64,000 nucleotides of DNA from Carcharhinus longimanus (lineage: Eukaryota): the NCBI GenBank assembly GCA_030264375.1, contig JASCQW010000072.1, positions 35,357,487 to 35,421,486 on the forward strand. The letters run 5' to 3'. A program made the translations under genes and the position numbers. Shown piece by piece: positions 22,245 through 34,417 of this stretch. Under the pieces are notes generated by a model. That model was not told the DNA's origin. It ran no database searches and saw only the letters and a program-made list of their open reading frames with translations. Each line of letters begins with the position of its first letter. The stretch's first letter is position 1.

Positions 22245-24200
22245 AACATAAGAATACAAGAGCTAGGGTAAGTCAACTCAGCCCTCGAGCTTGCTCCGTC
22301 ATGGCTGATTTTGTCTCAGTCTCAACTCCACTTTCCTGCTTGCTCTCCATAACCCTTCATCCAATTACTAATTCAAAATCTGTCTATCTCCTCCTTAAAC
22401 TTAATGTTGCGGCATGCACCATACTGTGATGAAGTGAATTCCACAGATTCATAACCCTTTGGAAGAAGTAATTTCTCCTCGTCTCTGTTTTAAATCTGCT
22501 ATCCCTTATCTTAAAGGTTCATTCTAGATTGTCCTATGAAAGGAAATATACTCTCTATGTCTACTCTGTCAATCCCCTTCAGCATCTTTTATGCTTCAAT
22601 TCGATCTCCCTTCATTTTTCTGATCTCCAAAGGGTATAGGTCTAAATTGCCCACCCTCTTTTAATATAAGAAACCCCTCACCTCTGGAATCAATCTAGTG
22701 AACATAAAAACATAAGAGCTATGAGCAGGGTAGACAATTCAGCCCTCCTATGTCGTTCCTTCCCTCCCATTCTTCCTCAAGTAAGGGGACCAAGACTGCA
22801 CAATTCTCCAAATGCGGTCGTATATTGTTGCAGCAACACTTCCCTATTTTTATATATTTTTGTACTCTATTCCTTTTGGAACAAAAGCCAAAATTCCATT
22901 TGCCTTCCTTATTACCTACATACTAGTTTTCTGCGATTCATGCGTGAGAACACCCTGCTCTCTCTGTACCCAGGCTCGCTGAAGTTTTTCTCGATTCAGA
23001 CAATCAGTTGCCTTTCTTTTTCTGACCAAAATAGATAACCTCACACTTACATCAAACTCCATCCGCCAAATTTTGGCTCACACACCTAACCTATCCATAT
23101 TTATTTGTAAATTGCTTATTACTTACTATTCCACCTATTTTAGTATAAGAACATAAGAAATAGGAGCAGGAGTAGGCCAACTAGCCCTTCGAGCCTGCCC
23201 CGCCATTCAATAAGATCANNNNNNNNNNNNNNNNNNNNNNNNNNNNNNNNNNNNNNNNNNNNNNNNNNNNNNNNNNNNNNNNNNNNNNNNNNNNNNNNNN
23301 NNNNNNNNNNNNNNNNNNTTAAATCTCATCAATCAGGAAAAGATCCATTTATTCCAACTCTCAGCTTTCTGTTGGTCAGTTGGTCCTATATCCAAGCTAA
23401 TAAATTATCCCTAACCCCATGTGATCCTACCTTGTGTATTAATCTTTTGTGCAGCACCTTATCAAAAGCCTTCTGGAAATCCAGATATACTACATCTCCA
23501 GGATCCCCATTATCCACTTTGTTTGTCATATCTTCAAAGAACTCTAGCAAATTAGTCAAAGACGATTATCCTTCATAAAATTATGCTGACTCTAGGATGG
23601 ATTGCGTTTTGACTTTCCAATTGTCCTGTTATTACTTCCTTAATTAAGGATTCTAATAATTTCCCAATGACAGATGTTAAACCATAGTTTTCTACTTTCT
23701 GCCTCCCTCCCTTTTTTGAAAAAGGGCATTAGAGTTTTCCTGATCCACTGGAATTTTTCCCGCATTTAGGAAATTTTGGAATATTATAACCAATTGATCC
23801 GCTATCTCCACTGTCACTGCCTTTAAGACCCTATGATGTTGGCCATCAGGCCCTGGGAACTTGTCTGCCTTCAATCCCAATTGTTGTTCAGCACTTTTTC
23901 CCTACTGATAATAATTGTTCCAAATGCCTTCCTTTCTATTACCTCTGCATTACCTGTTATTATTGGGACAGTATTAGTGTCCTCCACCATGAAAACTGAG
24001 GCAAAATACTGATTTATTTATTGTTTCTATGTTCCCCACTATTAATTCTCCAGTTTCATCCTCCAAGGGTCCAACATTCTCTTTAGCTACTCTCTTCCCT
24101 TTTGTACACTTATATTGGCTTTTGCTATGCTTTTGTATATTTTGTGCTAATTTTCTTTTATAAGTTACCTTTACTCATAACCCTTAAAAGTTTCTGAATT
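22245..24200 (-). mobile_element. Older CR1 LINE, with a younger CR1 3' end nested at ~23146 followed by a gap
   Basis: CR1 tail at 22245. Minus-strand RT pieces LKADKFPGPDG..RVLKAV..EIADQLVIIFQ and VVYLDFQKAFDKV. Confidence 0.8.
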
Positions 24201-24731
24201 TTTCAGCCTGTAACTGGTCTTTCAAGTGGCCCATGCAAGCATAGTGCTTTGAATGCCATAGCCAATGCACAGGAGCCATGGAGACTTGTAGGGCTCAGGC
24301 TGTCTCTGTGCAGTAAGTACAGCCATTGATTCTTGTAGCCTGCAGCTATTCAGACATGCCCCTGTAAGGATCAAATGTGAATCAAGACTATAGGAACTGC
24401 AGTACCTAAAGTTAAAGTCCACCCAAAGATTTAAACTTATTCAAAACCCATCCACTTAAGAGTTAAAATTAGGCCCAGAATCTCACCATCCTTCTCAGTA
24501 AATCTGCCAAAAAGTTTTGCGTTACCACAGGATTGCAGACCAATGCTGCAAAAGGTTCAATGACCTAACCATGACAAACAATGTACCACGCCCACTACTC
24601 ACACTTTTTGGCCTATGGCATTCTGGATATCTGAAAGTAACAGCTGGACTACAATCCCTCCCAATGCACGCTGGCTAAAGTGGACGATGGTGGACAGAGG
24701 TGCAGTGGCAATGGCATAGGCACTAGCTAAA

Positions 24732-25060
24732 TTTTTTTTTGTTTACTTTATTCCAATCCAATCAAGTCAAATTAAAGCCAATNNNNNNNNNNNNNNNNNN
24801 NNNNNNNNNNNNNNNNNNNNNNNNNNNNNNNNNNNNNNNNNNNNNNNNNNNNNNNNNNNNNNNNNNNNNNNNNNNNNNNNNNCGACAAATACCACTGCAT
24901 CTCACTCCAGACCTTCTTTGCAAAGGCACATTCCACAAGGAGGTGTGTGACCGTCTCATCAGCCCCGCAGCCGCTTCGAGGGCAGCGTGCAGTGCTGTTG
25001 AGACCTCGAGCGTGCATAAAGGATCTGACGGGGAGTGCCTTTCTCACCACCAGCCAAGCC
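24732..25060 (-). mobile_element. Tx1/L1-clade LINE 3' end (zinc-finger region and poly(A) tail)
   Basis: ALPVRSFMHARGLNSTARCPRSGCGADETVTHLLVECAFAKKVW is a zf-RVT CCHC motif. The T-run and tttatt at 24732-24752 read as AATAAA plus poly(A) on the minus strand. Confidence 0.8.
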
Positions 25061-26155
25061 AGATCTTGGTGCTTGTTTGTCAGTTCTGGTGATGAGGAGT
25101 TCTGCCAGATGACATGATACTACATTTGATTTAACTATTCATTTCCCCCAAATTAATTTACTTCAATGCGCAACCCATTCTTCCAATTTCATATGGTGAT
25201 GCCATCACATCTTATTCAACATATTCATACAATTTGGCATACATTCCTCAAATGCTAATCTTCACCCAATTTGCTGCATCTTCTTGCCAGAGGAAATGGT
25301 GCGGACTATCCTATGAGAATCAGGTAATGGATCACTTGGCAAGGCAACTCATTCTTCTCATGTGAAACAAGGGTATAGTGACAGATTAGTGAAGAATTAA
25401 GTACTGTTTTCAAAGATGTGGGAGGCCTGAATCACAGAATTTGAAAGAGCCAATGGAGTGAAAGGTAGATGTTAATGGGTTAAGGCTGAATAGCAGGCTG
25501 CTCATGGCTTTGAAAGTGTGGACATAGAACCTGCCTGAAAAGAAGGATTCTCAAGAAACATCATATCTATTTGGAGACACTGAGGTTAGTTTCTGGAGAT
25601 GTGCAACAACTGACAATTTTGGCTCTTAGGCCTGTATCATTTAATTGCAGTTAGGAAATTCTTTATTCCCAACATCACTGGGACGTGTTGCAGCTTCATT
25701 GAAATTGGCAATATATGAATTTGGCCTAGTCCCCATTTTGCAGCTGAAAGGATGCTGCAAAATGGTCTTTTTCTTTCTGTTGTGACTTTGCTATAAAAAT
25801 GATCTGGCTGGCATGAACTTGGCTGTATTAATTCTTTGAAAACACATATTTCACAAGTCCAACCGGCAGTAAATTTGTTTACATTTAATGATTCCACATT
25901 TATGCATTTTTTAGGATTTAAAATCTGGGGAAGAGGCTCAGCATTTCAAATACATTAGTGCAGTTTGGGAACTGATGTTCAAACGTTAACAGCCCATTAA
26001 TAGGGGCATGATTGTCACTGTAAAATGTAAATTGGCTGTATAATGAATGTGGCTACAAGAAGATATGATGGAACATATCCTGTAGTTATTTCTTTTGATA
26101 TCATTTCTTGTGATTCATAAACTAATGTATTTTGACCTATGACCAATTTCTTCAG

Positions 26156-26295
26156 TTTAAAGGAATTGCTGACAGCAGAAAGTGAAGACTGTGGAGATAA
26201 CAGATTCACACGTAATTCAAACACACCGGAACGGGTGGAGAAATTAGAAATCATGTTGGGAAAAGAAAAAGTAGAGTGTTCGGCTCTGGTAGTAG
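26156..26295 (+). CDS. NRIP2: NRIP2 internal coding exon
   Basis: tttcttcag acceptor, TAG|gtgaga donor, 140 nt (phase 2-1). Encodes LKELLTAESEDCGDNRFTRNSNTPERVEKLEIMLGKEKVECSALVV, resembling VEQLELQLGQETVVCSAQVV; phases join both neighbours exactly. Confidence 0.9.
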
Positions 26296-26489
26296 GTGAG
26301 AACCTCACTATATCTTTTCAATGAACTGTGGAAGATTTTTTAATTTGAAATAATCCTATTTACTCCAGTTGAGGGAAGAAGCTTGTGACCTGTTCTGGTA
26401 ACAAGTGATTATATTTTCCAGTTGAATTATGTTGGAGCAAATTATTGTCTTAAGTAATGAAAACTCAGGTTAGCTGTTAAGGGATTCCA

Positions 26490-26920
26490 GAGTATAACTC
26501 TAGATCCCTGGATTTGACCATTCTAATGCATTCCTGGCTGGTCTCCCTCATTCTATCTCTCATAAACTTAAGACCACCCAAAATTCTGCAGCCCATGGTC
26601 TAACTCACACTAAATCTCCTTTTACCCATCAGCCCTGTGCTTGCACTCATGGACATCCCCCTGGTTAAGCAACATCTTGATTTTAAAATCCTCATTCTTG
26701 TCATCTCCTCCATGATCTCACCCCTCCCTGTTTTATGATCCCCTCCAGCCCCACAGTTCTCCAAACATATCTCCACTCCTCTAATCCTAGCCTCGTGGAC
26801 ACCTTTGATTTTACTTGCTCTACCATTGGTGGTTGTCCCTGCAGCTGTTTGGGCCCTAAGCTCTGGAATTTCATGCCTAAAACTCCTCACTACTCTCTAA
26901 TTGCTTTCCTCCTTTGAGCC
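26490..26920 (+). mobile_element. L2-clade LINE RT C-terminal fragment
   Basis: FDHSNAFLAGLPHSISHKL..QNSAA...TKSPLPISPVL...LDFKILIL pattern of L2 ORF2. Confidence 0.7.
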
Positions 26921-27429
26921 TCCCCATTCACTACCTTTCTCATCTACCTCTAGGCGAAATTTTCTGCTCCCGTTGCATCGGCCAGGTCTGGCACCAGGAG
27001 CGGAAAATATCACGAGAATTCCAAAATCAAATTTTATGTCAACATAAACGTATAATGTGATTGTCCCTTTCCCCGTCAATGATGGGGTGTGTTTCCCAAT
27101 GTTAAGCATCAGGAGCATCATTGTAATAAATGAACATAAGATTATGAATTATCTCCCCAATCGAAAAATGCATCCATGGTGGCATACAGGGACCTTTAAA
27201 AATGGAGCTCCAATCCTTGTGTTTCTAAGTTGCTGGTGGGGCAGGCAAAGCAGAGGTTGCCTGGCCAGTGATATGTCGTTGTACCCAGTCCTTCTAATGC
27301 TGCACTGTATGGCAGAGAAAACCACCATTGCCATTGGTGTCTTCAACATTGCTGGAATAATGAGTGAAGAAACAAATTTGGAGCAAAGGGAAATCCTTCC
27401 ATTGGCAGTAGAATTCCAGGTCTGAACCC

Positions 27430-28100
27430 TTCACAGTCCTGGAATTGACAAGTACTACAAGCCACTAAATTAGGCATTATTACTACCTATGACAACATTC
27501 TCCTTGAGTTCCTAAAACACTTTGGCCACTCCTGGTTGGCTCAATTCTTTACAAGGGTTATTTGCAAGGGAAGACTGGCAACACCCTGGTGTCATTGGCC
27601 TCCAAAAAACAGGCAAGGACCTAAAATTACCCACACAACTAGCAATTATTCCTAGTATCTGTATGCTTCAAGGTAGTAGAATGTCTATGATCTACAACAG
27701 ATCAAGCCAGAAGTGGGAAACATCCTGAATGTGGACCAAGCAGATTTTCAGCAAAGAAGAAGCACATGTGATAAGGTCCTGGCATTAACCACTTTTAATT
27801 TAAAATTACTTTATAAGAAATCGGAAAACTGGGGCAATTTTCTTGACCTTGCTGCTGCATAAAATACAGTCCAGCACATTGGTCTGTTCATCAAATTATC
27901 AAGTGCACATGGATGACAAGACTAGCGCCCGGGGAAAGGGGTCTGCCTTAGCCACAATGTTGTTCAACCTATACATCAGTTACCTACACCTATCCTACTC
28001 CCGCAGGTTTATCTGTGCAGATGATATCTGTGGCAACATACAGACTCAGACTTTCCCTAAGCCCAGACTTAACTGCTACTCATCCAGGTTACTTTTGCAA
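27430..28100 (+). mobile_element. RTE-X-like LINE RT fragment
   Basis: YDNILLEFLKH, DQADFQQRRSTCDKVLALTT, SALATMLFNLY, RRFICADDIC (YADD equivalent); frameshifted. Confidence 0.65.
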
Positions 28101-28879
28101 ATGTCAGTCAGAACTGGTGTTTTAAAGGCTGCACTCTAATTTTGCCAGTGGACTCTCCAATAGATGTGCAAATGCATGACCAAAGCAGTGGAAATGGCTC
28201 TGCAGTGCATTGGCAGGTACAACTCACCTCACATTCGCACAAATGTAACTCAAGTTTAGAGATCATTTTAATCCCAAAGGTTTTAGGAAAGTTGGTGATG
28301 TGTAGTTAAATTCAAATGAGAATTTGAGAAATAAATGTGAAAGTGTTGGTTACAGCATCTTTCTGTAATTTTAACATCCTCCAATAATATTTATCTTTGC
28401 AGTTGTTAAAGAATAAGATCCAAACTAGTTCCGAGCTAAAGTATATATTTATATTTTAAGTCAGGCCTAAGGCCTTTTTTGAAGTGAAATTCTTCATCTT
28501 GATGAGAGTGGGTGAATGTAATGTAAATACCTCCAGGTCTGATGATATGAAATGAAGTTTATATTCAAAAGGGACAACTGACTCTTAGTCATGTCTTTGT
28601 AAATGATCTCTTGTGAGGTCAAAATTGTTTTGATTCATTTCTCAGTTTGATACTTTAAGGAAATGACACTGATGCTATGCAATTCTGCAGGGCTGACAGA
28701 AATGGGTTGTGCTAGCATCATCTAGCTTTTGAGGGCAAAAACAACAAAAATGTAAACATGGAGAACTGGCCAAAAATAAAAATAATGCATGAAGCAAAAC
28801 CGTTAATTGAAAATGAACAAAATATCTGCAATGGAAACATTTTTTAAAAAGCCTACTTGAGCAAACAATATCAAAGAAC

Positions 28880-30190
28880 AAAGAATAAAGAAAATTACAG
28901 CACAGGAACAGCACCGACTATGCTGCCCAACTTAATTAAAGCCCCCTACCCTTCCAGGGACCATATCCCTCCATTCCCATCCTATTCATGTATTTGTCCA
29001 GACGCTCCTNNNNNNNNNNNNNNNNNNNNNNNNNNNNNNNNNNNNNNNNNNNNNNNNNNNNNNNNNNNNNNNNNNNNNNNNNNNNNNNNNNNNNNNNNNN
29101 NNNNNNNNNTACCTCCCCTGGCAGTGAGTTCCAGGCACCCACCACCCTCTGTGAAAAATCTGCCTCGTACATCTCCTTTAAACATTGCCCCTCACACCTT
29201 AAACCTGTGCCCTCTAGTAATTAACTCATCACCCTGGGAAAAAAGCTTCTGACTATCCACTCTGTCCATGCCTCTCATAATCTTGGAGACTTCTATCAGG
29301 TCGCTCCGTTGTTCCAGTGAGAACAAACCAAGTTTCTCCAACCTCTCATCAGAGCTAATGCCTTCCATATCAGGCAACATCGTGGTAAATCTTTTCTGGA
29401 CCCTCTCCAAAGCCTCCACATCTTTCTGGTAGTCTGGGGACTGGAATTGAACACTATATTCCAAGTCCGGCCGAACTAATGTTCGATAAAGCTGCAACGT
29501 GACTCGCCAATTTTTAAACTTAATGCCCTGGCCATTGAAGGCAGGCATGACATATGTCTTTCTGACTATCTTCTCCATCTGCATTGCCACTTTCAGTGAA
29601 CCGTGTACCTGTACACGTAGATCCTTTTGCCTATCAATACTCTTAAGGGTTCTGTCATATTTCCTGTATTTATTTGGCCTTCCAAAATGCATTACCTCAC
29701 ATTTGGATTAAACTCCATCTGCCATCACTCTGCCCAAGTCTCCAACCAATCTATATCCTGCTGTATCTTCTGATGGTCCTCATTGCTATCCACAAATCCA
29801 CCAACCATTGTGTCGTCTGCAAACTTACTAAACAAACCAATTAGATTTTCCTCCAAATCATATATATATATAATAAACAGCAAAGGTCCCATCACTGATC
29901 CCTGAGGAACGCTACTTGTCACAGCTCTCCAGTCGGAAATACACCTTCCTCTGCTACCCACTGTCATCTTTCACTGAGCCAGTTTTGTATCCACCTTGCC
30001 AGCTCACCTCTGATCCCATGCAACTTCACCTTCTGCACCAGTCTGCCATGAGGGACCTTCTCAAAGGCCTTAGTGAAGTCCATATAGACAACATCCAGTG
30101 CTCTACCCTCATCAATCATTTTCATCACTTCCTCGAAAAACTCGATCAAGTTAGTGAGACAAGACCTCCCCTTCACAAAACCACATTGGA
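28880..30190 (-). mobile_element. CR1/HER1 LINE RT and 3' end, frameshifted
   Basis: ORFs 29964-30434, 29725-29967 and 29192-29692 give QCGFVKGRSCLTNLIEFFEEV, DVVYMDFTKAFEKVPH, VPQGSVMGPLLF, SKFADDT and LYRTLVRPDLEYSVQF. Confidence 0.92.
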
Positions 30191-30466
30191 AATAAGTGGA
30201 TGTATTAGTGAGAGACAAAGTGGGAAATTTCCTTGTGGAATTCCTCACAGACACAATGTTAATTGGTTGGAGTACGACATTTCTATGCTTAGAAATAAAA
30301 GATTGCAACCCGATATTTAAAAAGCTGCAGATGCCAATAGAACTAATCACAGTCTCATTATTTACCATAAATAGGGAGAAAATTATGAAAGAATTCTCAA
30401 GCACAATTGCTTGCACATAAACACTAATGCACAAGGGCTCCTTAAGTAATAGAAAAAAGCCAAAGT

Positions 30467-30757
30467 TTTAAAGTTTATTTATTAGTGTCACAAGTAGGCT
30501 TACATTAACACTGCAATGTAGTTACACTGAGAATCCCCTAGTTGCCACAGTCTGGCACCTGTTCGGGTACATTAACGGAGAATTTAGCATGGCCAGTGCA
30601 TCTAACGAGCATGTCTTTCGACTGTGGGACAAAACTGGAGCATCCAGAGGAAACCCATGGAGAACATGCAGACTCTGCACAGTCAGTGACCAGGCCGGGT
30701 ATCAAACCCAGGCCCCTGGCACTATGAGACAGCAGTGCTAACCACTGTGCCACCATG
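30467..30757 (-). mobile_element. V-SINE with the alternative tail (...gtaagcctacttgtgacactaataaataaac)
   Basis: Reverse complement of an HE1-like head and V domain; the tail differs from the CR1-type tail at 21650-21697. Confidence 0.85.
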
Positions 30758-31388
30758 TCATGGACTGTAAGTAAAATAGACTGATGAGTAAGTAGTCAGA
30801 AGACATATGTCCAAGGTTGATTCAAGCCCTTCTGAAATGAACGATTTTCAAATTTACTTATCAAATGGCAAAACTGAGAGTTTTTACCAGATTCATCCCT
30901 TTTCACAACTCTGTGGCCTTTTTACGGCATATGCTGGTGCCTAGGTAAGATAGGTGGTGAGATAATCCTTCATCTCTGCCAAACTGTAACTGGTTGATAA
31001 TACACACGGTTGCTTCAAGGGAAGATTATGTTCAGATTTTATCCATTGTAGCTGCGGTTTTGGGAGAATATGTGCACTCAGTGTACCTGAATTTTGCAAT
31101 ACCAACTCATTTCATCACCAATTAACACCAAATTCCCATATAGTTCTGTACAATTCCAACCTGTAATGAGAAACCTTTCAAACGTCTGGTCTTCCAAAGC
31201 TTATGTTCCTGCCAATTGCTGAAGAATTTGAAGACCATTTTTACTGGTTAAAAGGTGGAACAATGTTTTACCTCAATGTTTTTGTGCTTCACTGTTCAGT
31301 TGTAACCTGGAAAGCAGTTGCTAAATGGTCTGAATTTGTTTTGTCCTACTTTTGGGAAATATAACACTGTTGTGCATTTCTTTTGTAG

Positions 31389-31441
31389 ATAATGAGACAT
31401 GTGAATTTTCCCTTGGTCTTCAAACACTCCTGTCTCTCAAA
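31389..31441 (+). CDS. NRIP2: NRIP2 short coding exon
   Basis: tttcttttgtag acceptor, AAA|gtaaga donor, 53 nt (phase 1-0). Encodes (D)NETCEFSLGLQTLLSLK, the conserved LGLQTLxSLK motif of NRIP2/3. Confidence 0.93.
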
Positions 31442-31819
31442 GTAAGAAATATGTCTCTAATTTTATTTGCAGCAGTTTCTCTTTTACTTTCAAGCTTTTT
31501 CCGTTTCTCTCCATCTATCTAACTTCTTTGTTTCCATCGCTCCAGTCTGCTATTGAAGCGATCAGACCCAGAGTTGGTGTGGCATAGACTTAAACGGGTA
31601 GACATTCAACCTCAATGTGCCTATTTTATTGGCTTAAAATGGATGCAACATGATCCATTTCTGGGACAATATCTCACACCCATAGGATACCTGAAGCACA
31701 TCAAAATGCGCTGAATGAATTTTATTATTGAAGTGCTGGCTATCTCAAACCACATTCAAATCTCTTCATTCTGTTTTCAGCCCACAGCATTAATGAAATT
31801 GGTGAAAGTCAAATATATT

Positions 31820-32810
31820 GGCCGGGATTCTCCCAAAAAAATTCTAAGTCTCCAACATGTGGGAAAATGGGAGTAAATGCTGCTGGGTTTTTCAGCGTGA
31901 TTTCCAGAATAAGTGTGACACTGCATCACAGAGTGCCGAGCAGGATTCATTCTGGAAATCTGTGGGCAGAGTCTATTCCCGCCTGAGATGCTGGCAGCAT
32001 AGTGCTGAGTGGGCTACTGTGCATGTGGCAATCAGCACAGATATCAGTGCATGTACAGTTGCCCTCCCATTGCCAGCCTCCCGATTGCTGGCCAACCTGA
32101 TTACTGGCTAGCTCCACAACCCCACCATTGTTGGCCTTCCAATCCCTCCACCCCTCAATCACAGGCCTCCCAAATCCCCCCCTGACCAGTTACACCTCCC
32201 GGAACCCCTTCTGACAGTCCCGACCTCTCCACACCCAAATGGTGAGCTCCGATTGCCCTCTTCCCTCCCTTTACCAGCGATCCCAATGCAGAGTGGCAGC
32301 AGGTCCCTCCAACTCCCCTCCCCACCGATTGCCCCCAATATACCATGCCCTCAATAGGTTCCACTCCCTTGGCACTGCCTGACACCTGGTGGGCAGTGCA
32401 AGCTGCCCCTTGGGCAATGCCAGTTTGACCCTTGAGCAGTGCATTGCCCAAGGGGTACCGCACTTACCCCTGACCTTCCTAAGTGACCTCAATGGCCCCT
32501 CTTCCCTCCAATGGGGTCAGGCCATCTGTTCCCCATTAGTGGGGAGCAGGAGTAAATCCCACTGGAGTCAACCACTCCTGGCGGTGGGGGGAGATGCTAG
32601 CGGGCCTGGAGACTAAAGTCCTGGACCTGCTAGTCAAATGCAAATGTTAATTTCAATATTGAAATCAGCTCCATCCAATTTCTGGCATGGAGCTGATTAC
32701 ACTGAAAATCTTAGTGCCGGAGACTTGCAGAGGCAATGATGCCCAGTGGGAAGCCCGCGAAACAGCCCCCGCTAATGTCACCCGTCCCACAGACTGGGAG
32801 AATCGCCCCC
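31820..32810. mobile_element. Non-autonomous Harbinger-type MITE
   Basis: Imperfect TIRs ggccgggattctccca / tgggagaatcgccccc (13/16 match). GC-rich interior with ggcactgccc/gggcagtgcc motifs; related sequence at ~26950-27420, 35745-36335 and 60670-61300. Confidence 0.65.
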
Positions 32811-33431
32811 ATCCTTTGTCAATGCAATGTTAGCATATTGTCCTTATTTGTCCATCTCAATTTCTCTATCGTATTCAGTATAGATGATCACCCCAATTTT
32901 CTAAACTATTGGCAGGCTATAATCCTCTTCTGTGGTGTGGCTCCATTGAAACTCGAAAGGAGAATCAGCCACGTACATCCTAACCTAGAAAACCGGTAAA
33001 AGCTTAAGAAAATGTCAGAGTCATTTGACTCTGAATGCGAGTATAAAATTACTTGTATTGAATCAGCTGCTGTTATACTTCTGTGCTGATTTTGCTGATA
33101 TTGAAGTTAATGGAAATTATAATAATGAAAAATTTATAATGGGCAATGATTTGATTGCTATCATTCAAAGCTGTTTACACTTGTCCTGCCTCAATTAACT
33201 GATACTTTACTTCCAATTTCCCACTTCATGGCATTGCCTAACCACCCTCCCACCTCCTGCTGTTTCCCCTCCACTCTAACTAATACTGGCACTCTAATTT
33301 CCATTTCTCTGAATTAATACTGGCATGTGCTTTCCGGTCAACATTCTAAAGCATATTGCTAGTTTCTTTTCAAAGTGCCACTCTAAACCTTTGCCCCTTT
33401 CCTCATTCTTCATATAATGCTATACATACTG

Positions 33432-33768
33432 CTTTATATTCTCTGAATATCCCGAAGCACTTCATAATTAATTACTGCATCTTTGCTGTTATTTAGAGAA
33501 ACACATCGGCCACAGAAGTATGAACAATGAATGAATGACCTGTTAATGTGGTGTTTTTTGCTGGTGTTGTTTGAGAGAACATTATTGGCTAGTATAATGG
33601 GAACACTACTTTTCATCATGCCATGAGATCTTTTATGTCTACCTGGACAGGCAGATAGGGCAATGATTTGGCATTTCATGCCAAAAAAAAATTTTCAACA
33701 TTGCAACACTCTCAATAATTTTGAGACTTGAACCCACAATCAAGAATCCTACCAACTGAGCTAAGCCA
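33432..33768 (-). mobile_element. DeuSINE (SacSINE1-like), near full length and old
   Basis: gccatgagatcttttatgtctacctggacaggcagataggg (Deu domain, reverse) and gacttgaacccacaa...ctaccaactgagctaagcc (reverse tRNA head). Confidence 0.65.
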
Positions 33769-34294
33769 ACAACATAATCACCATGTTTAAACCCCTGTCA
33801 TCTGCAACCTATCCATACTTAATACTGCTCTCCTAATGCCATCCTTGCTAACCTTCTAGCTCCCTCTGAAAACTAAATTCATATTTATCTTTGTTCCTGC
33901 CATGTTTCTGTTTCTTAACACTGCATGCTTACCCAGGTAATGGGAAACTGGGAATGTGCTTTAGAATGTTGACCAGAAAGCACATGCCAATTCTAAAATT
34001 CTTGCATCAACTTTCACCAATCTTGATTGAATGGCCTCCACAAACCATTCATCTTTTTTCTTCAAAAGCCCCCACAATATTAATCTTTTTACCAAACTTT
34101 CATTTGCCTTTACGAATGGTTCTCCTACCAATGCTTGTTGTCCATTTTCAGCTCTGAGGGTTATTTTATGATGTTAAAGTTGGCAAATAATGCAATTTCC
34201 TCTTGCCATTACTAATAACAACTCAACAATTCAGTTGTTTTCACAATATTGGCCACTTACCATTTAAAAATAAATTTGTGTTTCTTACCAACAG

Positions 34295-34417
34295 TGTGTG
34301 ATTGACTTGGAAAGGGGAGCACTGCTTCTGGGGAAGTCAGAAACACAAATACCATTCATAACTGAGCCAGAAGAGGAAGAGGAGGAAGAGAATGATGAAG
34401 AGGAAGAGAAAGAATGA
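34295..34417 (+). CDS. NRIP2: NRIP2 terminal coding exon (TGA at 34415-34417)
   Basis: tttcttaccaacag acceptor, phase 0. Encodes CVIDLERGALLLGKSETQIPFITEPEEEEEEENDEEEEKE*, matching the CxIDLE...L...(E/Q)IPF C-terminus of NRIP2/3. NRIP2 rather than NRIP3 is supported by the convergent ITFG2 neighbour. Confidence 0.92.
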   Translation, partial: CVIDLERGALLLGKSETQIPFITEPEEEEEEENDEEEEKE

